Position numbers and translations under genes: made by a program. A stretch of DNA of 64,000 nt from Hormiphora californensis. Lineage: Eukaryota > Animalia > Ctenophora. Position 1 is the stretch's first letter, and every line of letters starts with the position of its first letter. The stretch covers positions 5,332,001 to 5,396,000 of the forward strand of contig CM035356.1 in the NCBI GenBank assembly GCA_020137815.1. The letters run 5' to 3'. Positions 1-13,107 of this stretch are shown here, one piece after another. The notes beneath the pieces were generated by a model. The model did no database searches. It saw nothing but the letters and a program-made list of their open reading frames with translations, and was not told the origin of the DNA.

Positions 1-3000
1 CCGGTCAGGTTCGCCCCGATAAGGTGGCCGCTCATGGTGGTAGTAGTTGTTGTAATCGTAGCCGTAATTACCACGCCTCCGGTAGGAATTCCTGGGTGGT
101 GGCGGGGGTCCTGGTTCGTATTTCCGTTTTTCATAACTCGATGACGATGACGATCGTGAGGGGGGTGTTGGGATGACAGATTTAGGTTTCTGCTCCTTCA
201 CTTCCTCTTTACTCTCCTCTTCCTTCTCCACTGGTACTGGGGTGGGTTCCGCCTCTTGTTCCTCCACAATCCTTGTTGGAGTCTCCTCAACGATCACCTT
301 CTCTACTGAGGTCGGTACAGGTACAACAGGTGCAGCAGGTTCTACTGGTGTTGTTTTCTCTGGCAGTGCCGGGGATACTTTAGTCGGGCTTGGCTTCATA
401 CTATCGGGGAGGGTCTCCTTTTTGCCACTTCGAGCTGATATCGCCGAGGTGTACTGCTGGATCTGGGCCAGGGATTGTTGCTGCATGTGTTGCTGTACCG
501 CAGGAGGGAGGAAGCTACCACCACTATACTTGCTGGAACTATTGTTAGAGTGGCTGTTGCTCCTGACATCGGGCATCCTGTGCATCCTTCCATCTCGGGC
601 TAACTTCACCCTCGGCCTACTTCCACCTGCACTGTGTTGTTGTTGTTGATGGTGGTGGGCTGCTGCCACTGCGCTCTGCTGCATCTGCTGGGTAAGCTGT
701 TGTTGTTGTTTCGCTTGTTGCTGTTGCTGCTGGAGATGGTGTTGTTGCTGGGGGAAGTGTTGCTGCAATTGTTCCTGTCGAGGAGGGGGAGGAGCGGTAG
801 GGTGACTGGGAAACATGACGTTGGGAAGTCGGAACTGCTGCTGGCCCATTAGACCTGGAGAAAGAGAAGGATAGTGTTAGAGACAGATGCAAGATAATTA
901 ATTCTTAGACGTCCCACCTCCAAGTCAACCCCCGCCCCCCTCTCCCTACCCCCTCCCTCTCCTCACCAGCCCTACCCCCTCTCCACCTGCAGTATTGATT
1001 GAGGACACCCCCGTCCCCCTCTCCCTACCCCCTCCCTCTCCTCAGCCCTACCCCTCTCTTCATACCTGCAGTATTGATTGAGGACACCCCCGTCCCCCTC
1101 TCCCTACCCCCCTCTCCTCACCAGCCCTACCCCCTCTCTTCATAGTTCATACCTGCAGTATTGATTGAGGACACCTCTGTAGGGTGTGGCATTATCTGGG
1201 GACGTGTTCCAATAGGCTCCTTATCAAAGGCAGCTTTGTATCCCATACCCATTGCACCACCATTTTGTTGCTGCATCATTACTTGTTGTAGCAGCTCTGG
1301 GAATAATTGGGGTTAATTGGGGAATAATTGGGGTTAATTGGGGAATAATTGGGGTTAATTGGGGAATAATTAGTTGTTCGCAACAGAAATAAAATGACGT
1401 GGTGCGAGCCACACACAACACATACCCGGTTTGAACATTGGGGGTCGGGGAGGCATCTGGTGGTGGTGATGTCCCATAGGCCTCATTCCAACACCCATCA
1501 CATTAGGAGCACCCGGGTTGAAGGGTTTGGCATCCAGATGCTTAGACATATCCGACTGGAGGAGTATATTCTCCTGGGGCTGTAGTTTGTAGTACATTTC
1601 CTGGGGCGTCACCATCCTGCGAGAGTGTGTGTTAGATGGGAATAGGAGAGATCAGAGGGGGGATCAGATCAGTGGTGGTAGGAGACTGGAGAGTGGTGCA
1701 GATGGAAATATAGGGACACAGAGAAGGGAAGATGTCACGAAGGATTTAACGGTGAGAAGTCCCTTTTTAGGTACAAGTAAACACGTAAACAAAACACGTA
1801 CCCTCGTTGGTAGAATAGATGTTGACTGGAGAGAGCACTCTGGGGAGCCTTGTGCATACTCTGGGTAAAAGACATCATTCCCCCTGAGGGGTCCAAGGCA
1901 TCAAACGACCCTTGAGGGCTGTTATACAATGCACCCAGTTTCGGACTGTTTGGTTTCTGCCCGAACGGAGAAAACGGGTTCATTTGCCCGGGTATGGGGC
2001 TCATAGAGGGCGAGGCGTAGCTGTGGGGCGTGGTGAACTGACTGAATAGGTTCAGGGTTTGCGGGTTGGAGGCCGGGTAAATCTTGTTGGGGGAGATCCC
2101 ATAACTTTTGAAGAGTTCGTTCGTTGGTCGACCCAGATTGGAGAGGTTTGAGGAGGTCAGGTGAGCACCGATTAGTGGCACTTGGTTACTGTTCCCTACT
2201 GATACTGAGGAGAGAAGAGGTTAGGAGTGTGGGGAGAGAGAAGAGGTTAGGAGTGGTTTACAAAAGGAGAAGGGGTCAAAATAATACCACAATACCGAAA
2301 ACGATGTATTGGGGTCCGGTTGTATGATTGTTTGATGTTACTGGGGTCCGGTTGTATCACAATAACATCAAACAGATCATCAACAGAACTTCCTTACCTC
2401 CCATTTGGTGGGGTGACGGCATGATGTGATGTCCTCCATCGGGCCCAGGTGGTCCAGGTTGTTGGGTGATGAAGTGGGGCAACTGGAGGGGCGGCTCGTT
2501 CCTCAGACCAGGCGAGTTCTGGAGGCTGTGGATCAATGGAGATCCCTGCATAAAGAATTGGCTAGTCTCAGGTGGTGCTCCACCAATCTCCCTCAGTTGA
2601 TCGGTTAGGGACATCACACTGGTAGATGGGATTGTTGGACCTGACTCCTCTACCAGAGGGAGGGAACGGACTGCTGGGGGTGTCGTTTGGGTTGAAGTCT
2701 CTGCAGATATCTGACCAGGAGATTTGGATACTTGGTCCCGTTCCACAGCCTGGGAGGAGTGGTATTGCTCTCTCTCACTTTTTATTTTCACTTTTTTGTA
2801 TGATGATGATGAAAAGAGGGGGAAAGCTCAAAGCTGTAAAATAAAGTGAGAATTGATATCAAGTGGATAACTGCTGCACAGGGACGATCATCTTACCTCT
2901 TCAACAACAGCATGTTCACGAGCTTGTGGAAGACTTGACCCAACAACATTAGGAACTACTACTACGGTGGGCTCCAGAGCAACCAACGATTGAAGACTTG

Positions 3001-6000
3001 GTTTATCATCTTCTCCATCCGATTTTAGACCGAACAAATCCTGGTGGGAAAAGTTGGGATTGTGATTCAGGGTGGAACATATCAGACACGGTAGATAAAC
3101 ACACTGATTGTAACTACATGGTAACTACATGCTAACACCATGGTAACTACATGCTAACACCATGGTAACACCATGCTAACACCATGGTAACTACATGCTA
3201 ACAGCATGCTAACACCATGGTAACACCTACCTCAACTCCAGGTGGTATTATATCAAGAGGTGAACCAGGATCGGATGGTTCCTTTTTCGCTTCCACCCTC
3301 TCCTTCACTCTCTCCCTACTAAACCGAGGCGGCCTACTATCTCCTCTCCATACGTTATCCTTCTTCGCAAGATCAGCAGCGGATGAGAAGAGAGAGCTAC
3401 TTTCCCCCGAAATAGGTGGTAACATTTCACGGGCATCCAAGGACTGTTTATCAGCAAATGTCAGTGGTTTGTCCCACGCGTTTTTCTTACCAGCTGGCTG
3501 GGGTGGATTGTTCGCCCAGATGGCCGATAGAGTGAGGTCAACCTGGGCCTGGTTGGTCCAAGTTGTTGGGTTCTTTACCGTAGCGGGGGAAGGAGCTGCT
3601 GATGTCTTATCCACAGTGGTGTTTTGTTTAGCCTCCTCCTGGGACATGGGCACCTTCTTTTGTTTAGCTGGTTTCTTCCCTTTTTTCTTGGTATTTGAAG
3701 CGGCGGGGGCAGCAGTACTCTTCTTTTCTCCCGACTGCTCCGGTTCTTTCTTACTCTTCTTCCTCACGACCTCCACAAAATCGTTATCCAGGCTGTCTCT
3801 ATCGACATCTTTCCCATCAACGGCGTAAATTCCAATACTCAGAAGATCAACTCCAGCCTGGGTCATCTTTTTGAGGCGAGCCATTTCCAATGATTTTTCT
3901 ATCGATTTTGCAGTTTTACTCTTATCCACCTTCCTCGCAGGCTCCTCTTTTTCCTCACTATCCTTTTTCACCAGGGTATCTTTTTTAGTTTTTGTATCTT
4001 TTGTCGTTCCCTTGTTGTGATGATCCCCCGATTTTCGTTCCGTTTTTGGTTTCCCCTCCCGCGGTACCCGCATCGTCGGGTGGCTGCCAGCAGTCTTAAC
4101 CCGATCAGCAGGATTAGCAGAGTAGTACATAATGGAGGGGGTCTTCTTCATCTTCCTTGGGGGCCTGTCCCCTGACTTCCCATCCTCCTCCTTGGACCGC
4201 CGTACCGTGGCAGCGGATCTTGGTCGAGGTTCCTCAGTGGACACCTCATCCTCCCCCTCCTCTCCCTCCACCCTCCTTGTTTTGTCGTTTTTCCGAGGTG
4301 GTACCTCGCCATTCTTGTACTTGTCAATCCTGGCTTTCCTCCGAGATGAATCTCCATTGCCCCTCCGGGAATCCCCACTCCTGGGGAGACGCCGGTATGT
4401 CGTGAACTCCGGTCTCTCATACATTTCCCGCTCATACTTTTCGTTAGGGTTCCTCCTCTCCCTCTTCTCACGATCTCGGTGGTCCTCCTGATCGAGGGAT
4501 GATGACTCCACCACTTCCGGGTGTTCCCCAGATCCCTCCCTTTCCCTGTGATGCCGCTCTTCCTCCCTGGAATGCCGTCCCTCGACTGAGCCTATCCTAT
4601 TTTCATCGACCCTCCCGATTTCTGTTGTTCCCTCCTCAACAGGGTCCTCCGTAACAGCAGATTCCCCTTCGGGTTGTTCTCGAACCACCCGTGGTTGCCT
4701 CCTCTTGTCGCTGCTCCTCTTTGCCTTGAGACTTGGTCGCTCGTAATAAAATCGGTCCGGATCTTCGTAGTAGTTGAACCGGGATCCACCACGGGCCTCA
4801 CCGGAACCAGCCGTTCGGGCGGGCCGCGAAGAGACTGTGAATTTGTCTCGTGATCGATCGCGTGAGAGGTCACGTTCACTCCGTGAGGGGTCACGCGATG
4901 AATCCTCCCGAGAGAAAGGCTCGAAATGATCTTCTTCCGCTGTGGCCCTATGAGAGGCGGGGCGTTTCCGGTCGGGTCTTTTGGCCACCTTGAACTCTCC
5001 CTCACGGCGTACCCTGGGCCTATCTGGTCGTGGAGCGGCCCGTTGGGCTCGCCTGACTCCGTAGTCACCAGGTTCCCGGTAATCTTGGTACTGCTGTTGC
5101 CGGGTTTTCGATGCTTCCGCTTTTTGTTCCTCTCGCCTTCTCCTCTCATCCTCCTCCGCAATTCGATCCCGCTCCGCCTGTTTTTCCTCCCAATAGTTAC
5201 TAGCAGGGGCACCGGACGTACTCCGGACAGGCAGCATAGGGGCAGGGGCCGTAACAGACTCAATCGGAGTAGGAGCTATTACAGGCTTCGGTTTTTGGGC
5301 GATTGTTATCTTTTTAGGTTCATTTAACGACAGCATACTGATATACTCAGTGGCATCCCGTAGAGCTTTTCTCTGTCCGTCATCAATAAGCCGCCTATCC
5401 TTGTGAGACCTAAACTCTCCAGTCCGACGACTGGGTTGATGATGTCGACCCATATCCTCTTTCACCTCTGTCTCATAACTCTCCTCAAAGAATCGATCAG
5501 AATTGATTGGAACTTCAGGAAGCGGCGCCCAGGGACCATCATGATGTCTCTGTCGATCCTCCCAAACACTCGCCCCCTTTCCACTCTCAACCTCCTCTTC
5601 CTCCCACGACGTTGAGACCTCCTCAGCTTCTTTCTTGGCGTCAGCATCCTCTTCCGTTGGGAACGCTTTGAGTTGTCGTTTTGGGATGGTCCGGGATAGC
5701 ACACGGGGTGCAGAGGACGGGTCCGGTTTATCTTCTGAAATTGGCGAAGTTTCCTCATCAGGAGGTTCTGAGAGGGAAGAATGGGAGGATGTCCGACCGT
5801 GGTATGTTATCCGTTCAGGTCGTTTCTCCTCTTTTCCTGAGAGGAATTTGGGGTGTAAGAGCCAGATTATTGCATTGTGTACGTACAAGATTAACAACGT
5901 TTATCGTTTATGGTTTAGTAAATATCCCACAGTACATAAATGCCTTGTGTAACAAAAAGCACGTCTTAATGGGTCCACCTAATAGGTTTCGGGAAGTCTT

Positions 6001-9000
6001 AGTTCTAGGAACCGACCGAAACAAGTAAACAACCAATCAGAACTCGTTATTTAGGTCACGTGACTGGTTATCAGCCAATCAGGGACCAGTATTTCCTGCT
6101 TAGTTCCTATTAAAAACTTACCTGTTGGTTCAGGTCGTTCCTGTTTCACTTTGCCAGGGAAAGGTTGAGTGTATGGGGACACATAGCCCACACTTGAAGT
6201 AGTATCAGGGGTGACAGACTGACTTGTGCCCTCGTCATCCCCCCAGTGGTTATTGTTCTGCCCCTGAATAATAACACTCGGTTAAATGTGATGAATATGG
6301 TGGGGGGCAAGTGGTAATTTTCAGAGAGTAAATTGACGTGAGGTAAGCGCGCCAAAATCTTCGATGTGAAATGTTGGAATGATGGGCTTTCGATGCGCGC
6401 ACCCCCGAACGCGGTAGACCCTCTTTGTTGGAGTGGGGCACCCGCCGCTGGCAGAGAAATCACGGCAACAACACTTTGTTATGCAAAGCTTCTGCCAGTA
6501 ACGATTTAAATTTCTAGCAAAGAAAAAAAAATACAGAGTTTCGAAGACAGTAGGAATTCTATTTAGAATTTAGTTCAGATAGAAATAGAGGATGTAAATT
6601 AGATCAAAAATTAAAAAAACAGACAGCCAAAATTAGACTACAACATGTGTAATTGGGGCGCTGAATTGAATCGTTGCTAATCGAACTTATTGTGTAGGGT
6701 GGACTGAGGAATATCTCACCTGTACTTCCGATTTCTCTCGAGAATCCTCCTTAGCATGTGGTACTGTAGGATGTAGAGGTGGAGGAGCACTATACATCTG
6801 GGAAGATAGTGTTAGTAGAGTTACTGGAATAATCCCTCATAATTATAGGGGTGACTTTGTAACGAAGTAGAGAGAGCAGTAATTTATTAATCTTCTCCCT
6901 CCGTGGAAGACCGGTATTTTAGAAAAAAAGTAGAGAATAGCTATCAAACCAAATTAAATGCGACAAATTAATTAGTAGAGTCGATAACTACATCGACCTC
7001 TCCCAATTGTTCCAGTTTTTGTCACATCTGTTTGGAGCCTCGACACGACCTCTAAACAGGTGTTACTTTTTCACAAACTGTTTTCATCTTGGTGTAATCA
7101 GCAGTTGAAATGTTGCTAATCATAACAAAAACCTGACTAAATTTTTTCAACTTGGGGTAAAACCATGGGTGTCAAAAGTTAGCTCTAAGTCCCCTGAGTA
7201 ACCATCCGGAGACTCTAAGAGATATTTCAAGCCGTTCTCCTGTAATCATTAATCCCGGTGGAGAAAAAAATACAATGCGGACGTACGTGAGCGCTGGCAG
7301 GCTGTTTACATGTTATTGTATGTCTCTCACTCTCTCTGGAAAAACCGCACGTGCGGTTGCGCCGCGCGAGATAACTCTTTCTCAAGGGGGAGAAAAGAGA
7401 GAGACGCACATTAACGTTATACATTAAAGTTGAGGTTGTAGGCAATTGCACGTACGTCCATACTCAAATATGTGCTCTACCGGGATTAATGATTACAGGA
7501 GAACGGCTTGAAATATCTCTTAGAGTCTCCGGATGGTTACTCAGGGGACTTAGAGCTAACTTTTGACACCCATGGTTTTACCCCAAGTTGAAAAAATTTA
7601 GTCAGGTTTTTGTTATGATTAGCAACATTTCAACTGCTGATTACACCAAGATGAAAACAGTTTGTGAAAAAGTAACACCTGTTTAGAGGTCGTGTCGAGG
7701 CTCCAAACAGATGTGACAAAAACTGGAACAATTGGGAGAGGTCGATGTAGTTATCGACTCTACTAAATATGGAAACAGAACTCAGAAGAATAAAGAAATG
7801 TTGCCCGCGATGTCGATACTTGTTTGTTTCACTGTCAATCTAAAGTATGGCATTTTGCCAATAATGCTGTCAAAAATGAATAACCTACCCCAACCACCGT
7901 ATTTTCACGAAACTATCATAATAACTTATCCCAATCCATTACCACAACGATACTGCCCTAATTTCACTTACATAAGGCAAGAGTGGTGGGTTGGTGGTGT
8001 TGTTACTGGGCGGGGCAGTAGGGGGAGGTCCATACATAGCTGCTGCTGGTGGTGCGGGGTACCTGTACATACCAGGTCCAGCCGTCGCGGCGTATACTGC
8101 GCCTACTGGTGCTGAAATACAGAGATATTATTGATACAACGAAACAAAATGTTACATTAATTTCTATCTCTAGCTGCTCCAGTATAGATTACATAAAGCC
8201 AAAGGTTTGGAAGATTATAACCAAAAAACAGTCTGATCAAACTCAACAAGAGGTTGAAGCACCGTTTTACGGTTTGGTTCGTTATAACCTAGTCATCACA
8301 CAAACACTCACACCCCCCCCCCCACACACACAATCACACACTCTTACACACCCCCACTCACACTCAACAAACCTTATAACATAATCACACTCAACTCACC
8401 TGCTACAGGCATGTAAACCATTCCCATGGGAGGGTGGTGATGGGGTGGGGGTCCAGTAGTGTACTGTGCACCTGGTAACACTCCATCCAACTCTGAAATA
8501 TTGTGGTAGGTTAGTACACGGTGCTCCCTATTCCCTAAGGACGTTTAACCTCGACCAGTTCAGCGACTAGCTCAAAACAAGAGCGCTAGAACCTTCTACA
8601 GACTATCTCTATTATAATTTGGAGATGAACGTCGAAGTCGAAGTCGTTCGTTCAGTGCGTTTCTACGCGACAGTGCTCCTTCATAAAACACTTTATGTGC
8701 CCAAAGATGTTACTCACAGTTTTGAAACTTCCAGTGGAAGTTTGTTAATATTTTTGAATGACTTTTAACATGCCAGGCTCCATAGTTACCAATTCAGTTG
8801 CCATGGCAACGGTTTTATTGACGTTGAAAGGGGCAAAAAGAACGACCCGGCGAAGCCGGGTGGGTTATCAAAAAGCCCTTACTTGAATTGAGGCGCACCC
8901 AGTGGGTGCGCTAGTCTCTATTATAATTTGGAGATGAACGTCGTGATGGTCGTTCGTTAGGCGGTATCTAAGCGACAGGCTGCTCCTTCATAAAACACTT

Positions 9001-9365
9001 CATATGACGAAAGCTGTAAAGCTGTTATTCACACTTTCTGAAGTTCCAGTGGAGGTTTCTTAATATTTCGAATGACTTTTAACAGGCCAGTCCCCATAGT
9101 TACCATAGTTCAGGTGCCATGGCAACCGTGTTATTGACCTTGAAAGGGCGAAAAGAACCACCCGGCAAAGCCGGGTGGGTTATCAGAAGGCCCTTTATAA
9201 TACTTAAGGCGCACCCAATGGGTGCGCTAGTTCTACATATATGACGGTGGTACGTTTAATAATTCAATGATATATGGGGAGTGCCCACATAAACATGAAG
9301 ATAAGGTACCTCCCACCATATAACGTCATACGAAGTGATGTGGTTGAAAGGAAACGGACAAAGAA

Positions 9366-9413
<48 letters not shown>

Positions 9414-9447
9414 TGTGTGTGAGAGAGAGTGTGTGAGAGAGAGAGAG

Positions 9448-9495
<48 letters not shown>

Positions 9496-9813
9496 ATTCT
9501 GACTCTCCTGGCTGCCCATCTCTTCTCTGTATCTTCTTTGTCTCTCATTTCTTCCTCACTTTCCCTCACTATCCCTATTTTTGCCCCTGCCAGCGCATTT
9601 TTGCCCCTGCCAGAGCATTCAGGCATTCTTCCTCTTTCTTCATCCCCCCTTTTTTCCCTCTCTCGCATGTCCCATTCTTATCTTCTTCAGCCCAATTTCT
9701 CCAATTAGGTGTGATCTTTCTGTTCCACCCTGCCCCTGGTTTTCCTCCTTCTCCCTCTCTCGCTCTCTACCCATTTTCTCTCTTTCTTTCTCGCTCGCTC
9801 TCTTTCTCACTCG

Positions 9814-9889
<76 letters not shown>

Positions 9890-11916
9890 ATTTTATTCCC
9901 AGCCATCTCAACCCTTCATCCCCACGTGGTTATCTCTACAAGTTCTGGCTAGACGCCATTCACATGGTTCATGAGACGGTAACACGATCGCCACTCAGTT
10001 CACGTCATCTGGGATATCTTACCCCTTCGTCATCCCAGTCACGCACAATCTCGCTATAATTGTCACTCTGTCAAATTGACAGTTTCGATTGTAGGAGCAA
10101 TCCGGATCGCACCCTTGTCCATCCAGATAGAGGTGTTGGTTTCACCAAGTCTTGGACTAGCTCTCTTGACAGTACTAACAAGACAATCTACAAACCGAGA
10201 ACGAGTGCTTGAGGAGTGAGAACTGACCCCGTCGACGACAGACACTATGACCGATTTTTAGTCCTTCGGGGCGTGCTCTTATTACCCTTTCTATTGCATC
10301 CCCTGCATGTTTAAATCTTGACACTGTGCGAAGGACAGAGTCACGCTAGCTTTATACTTTTTTCGGCTTCACGTGCTTCCTACACACGTATCCGTGTCGG
10401 TCAACTCAGACTGTCTGTCTGATGTGATCGTGATCACTGGTCGGCATCCCGTCCTACTCCCCAGGATGCAGGGATCTAGAACCAGCCCAAATCCCTTCCA
10501 TAGTTCTGCCCCTCTTCCCGATCTCAAACTGAAATCTTACACTTTTCAAAATCCCTTTATATCTGAAGTGTTGACAATATGGTGGTACTGAGCACCTGCG
10601 TCTCCTTCGGGTCTTTCATATAAATATTATAATAACACGGTGCCGTCAGTAGCGTGCTGCTTAGTGGCCATACCGTAGTCCTACCAAACCAAACCAAACC
10701 AAACCAAACCAAACCAGAGAGAGAAAGAGAGAGAAAAAGAGAGAAAAAGAGAGAGAGAGCAAAAAAGAGAGTGAAAGATGGAATGTGCATGTGTAGAATA
10801 TTAGTGATCAATTAGTTCTAGCTCTCTTTCTTTCTCTCTCTCTCACTATCTCATTAAGTAGTAAGTGTACATTCGGAAAATCCTACTAGAACACGCCCAA
10901 ATACAATTACAGATGCAACTGGAAAAGGAAAGAGAGAGAGAGAGATAGAGAGAGGAGAGAAAGCAAGAGAGAGAGAGAGAGAGAGAGAAAGCAAGAGATA
11001 GATAGAGAGTTCCTTTCTCTCGCTCTCTCTCTCTCTCTCTCAGAAACATACTGAATAATAGCACGAGATAGTCAGGAAACATAAAGACACACAGAAAATT
11101 GTTAAAACGGCGTCGCATTTCTCTTACCAAGTTTGTTGTTGATTTGCTTTTCTCCCCATCTAACAGTCTGAGGTCTAAGTTCCAGGCGCTGACTGGGCTG
11201 CTGCTCGTCGCCCAGCGAAGGAAACTCCTAAAGAGATATAGTGTTAGACTAAAAGTGGTTTACACAAACTTAGCAAGAATATATCTCAATTTTCTGTTAC
11301 ACAGAATCTCAATGAAACAAATGTGGTAAACAAAGACGAGAACATCAGTTAGTAAACGGTAAACATCACACTTGTATCTCGAGATAATTAGAAATACAAA
11401 TCTTGTTACCGCCAAATGTGTGTTACATTTTGTTACAACATGGTACAAAACAATATATCTACCTGTTGAAATGCATGACTCTCAACAGCCGATGTAGGTT
11501 CATCAACATCTTTCCAACCTCCTTTTTCTCCTTCAAGTACCTCTGAGGGTGCGGTTTCTTTCTTTGCTCCCCATCCACCGCCACCCGGAACTAATGCTAC
11601 GTTCGGGTCATTTCCAGCGTTCTGTTTCTTGAGACTGCTACAAACAGCAGGTCTCGGTAGACGACGAGTTGAGACGCCGACCTTTCCCAAGGACTGCAGG
11701 CCACGACCTGGTGACGTTGGTCTGTTATTGACAAAACAGGAATAACGAAATTACTATAATTAGCTGAAAATGAATACTTCGCAAGGATTGGAACTAACCA
11801 GTGGTCGATTTGGCCGCAGATTTGGGCCCGGGTTTGTTAAAGTGCTGCGATAAGTTTACGCTTGTGTATTTACGATTTCCATCATTTTTACCTCCCCTAT
11901 TAAACTGATCTGACAT
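1..11916 (-). CDS. PRRC2: PRRC2/BAT2-family protein, multi-exon, 3' end outside window
   Basis: Phase-consistent GT-AG exons: 11799-11916, 11463-11707, 11128-11227, 8400-8492, 7972-8111, 6720-6797, 6122-6263, 3231-5836, 2897-3040, 2398-2749, 1802-2204, 1426-1616, 1153-1296, <1-854. The N-terminus (KYTSVNL...GRGLQSLGKVGVSTRRLPRPAVCSSLKKQNAGNDPNVALVPGGGGWGAKK...FQQEFPSL...LRPQ) matches the BAT2 N-terminal domain. The large exon carries DFVEVVRKK and NAWDKPL motifs typical of PRRC2. Confidence 0.92.
915..1175 (-). repeat. Tandem ~80-bp repeat containing the PRRC2 exon end plus 5' splice site (3 copies)
   Basis: On the minus strand, GGTGTCCTCAATCAATACTGCAG|GT recurs with donors at plus-strand 1151-1152 (functional), 1064-1065 and 985-986. 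Confidence 0.85.
1298..1372 (-). repeat. 21-bp tandem repeat abutting a PRRC2 3' splice site
   Basis: Minus-strand CCCCAATTAACCCCAATTATT repeated about 3.5 times, ending ...ATTATTCCCAG|exon (1296). Confidence 0.8.
3110..3225. repeat. 11/22-bp tandem repeat directly after the donor of the large PRRC2 exon
   Basis: CTACATGCTAACACCATGGTAA-type units. Confidence 0.75.
6006..6109. mobile_element. Short (~100 bp) interspersed MITE-like element
   Basis: Ends are TAGGAAC...GTTCCTA. I recall the core CAACCAATCAGAACTCGTTATTTAGGTCACGTGACTGGTTATCAGCCAATCAGGGACCAGTATTTCC as an abundant Pleurobrachia intronic repeat (unverified). Confidence 0.55.
6975..7763. mobile_element. Non-autonomous DNA transposon (MITE) with ~285-bp TIRs and TA target duplication
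   Basis: 6975-7259 is the reverse complement of 7479-7763. TA flanks both ends (6973-6974, 7764-7765), as for Tc1/mariner-type targets. Confidence 0.85.
8606..9230 (+). mobile_element. Two head-to-tail non-autonomous Helitrons (8606-8914, 8915-9230)
   Basis: Each copy starts TCTCTATTATAATTTGGAGATG and ends with the hairpin GCGCACCCA(G/A)TGGGTGCGC followed by CTAG. The pair sits between A and T with no TSD and has subterminal CCCGGC-NAA-GCCGGG hairpins. Confidence 0.85.
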
Positions 11917-12397
11917 TTCATGTATACCATCTAGGCGCCCGTCTGAAACAAGAACCTTTTAAGTCAAAATTCTGGGGGTTGTCTCAGTACTCAGATCAAA
12001 ATTCCCGGCAAAATAAGCTTCGAGATTTAATTTTTAAGTAGCTGTTAACATTTTGCAAGCAATCTAGGCTAAATTTAACGCTGTGGTAAGGCAGCAAAGT
12101 CGGATGTGAAACGTACCTGGTCAGTAGAGAAACTTTTCAAAAAGTCTACAAACTTTCTCACGAAAAAAACAAACAAAATTTTGGAAATTTTCGATTTATT
12201 TTGAAGCGCGCGCAGTGTTTTGCAGCGTATCATTGATATATTTCAGCGCGTTACATTAACTCCTTAATAATGCAGCGGTATTTCAAAAACTAAGGCGAGG
12301 AAAGAAAGTTTCAATTTTGAAAATTTTCTTAAGCTTTCGAATTGGCATGCGCTGCAGACCCCAAGTGCGCGCGTTTTCCACGGCTTCTTTGAGGGCC

Positions 12398-12626
12398 TGT
12401 AAAGTCGGATTTTTTGAAACTGTCACCCCCCTGAAATAACAAAATTTGCCATATCTCCGGTTCCTGATAAGATAGAGACTTGAAATTTGGAGGTTCGGAA
12501 GAACTTAGCAAGATCTTCGTAACCTCCAAATTTCAAGTCTCTATCTCGTCAGGAACCGGATTTATGGTCATTTACGAAGTTTGAAAATACCCAGGGGGGT
12601 GACAGTTTCAAAAAATCCGACTTTAG
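12398..12626. repeat. Imperfect palindrome (MITE-like) in the PRRC2/PACS divergent promoter region
   Basis: TAAAGTCGGATTTTTTGAAACTGTCACCCCCCTG...GAGACTTGAAATTTGGAGGTT is mirrored by AACCTCCAAATTTCAAGTCTC...CAGGGGGGTGACAGTTTCAAAAAATCCGACTTTA. Confidence 0.65.
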
Positions 12627-13107
12627 CATAGGCCAAGCTTTCGAAAAGTTTTTTGGGCCAAAAATTTTGGCTTCGGACAGACATCGGGCGTTCCGCGTTC
12701 GCGGTCCGGCGTCAGAAGAAATTGGTTGGTATAATGAAGATTTGTGCAGCACAAATTGTCAAGGGAAATTTTTAATGTTCAAAACGTCTTAGACCGCGTC
12801 GTAACTCGTAGGCAACGCTCTGTGGGCGGCCGATATCACGGACTACGGAACACCACTGCCACTGTACGAAGACAATTCTAAGATTACAAGATGCCCGGGG
12901 TTAATAGTTTCATCAAATAAAATTTTAAATACACTGAATGGATAATGGTACCAGGTACACTGAATAAGATTGGAGTCCACTTTTATCGAAACCATAAACA
13001 TCTCACCGAAATTATTCCTGAGAATTTAACCCATTATGACACTTCACACTGTACCAAGTATGGTACATTCCATCAGTTAATCCATCCAACTCTTGATTTA
13101 TAGAAAT

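Noticed and set aside
173-5952. Plus-strand ORFs such as 173-649, 3217-3828 and 4132-4491
   Set aside because: They are antisense shadows of PRRC2 exons.
9256-9974. RE/SL/CV dipeptide ORFs here and near 46300, 50900, 51700 and 53500
   Set aside because: They are (GA)n and (CA)n microsatellites.
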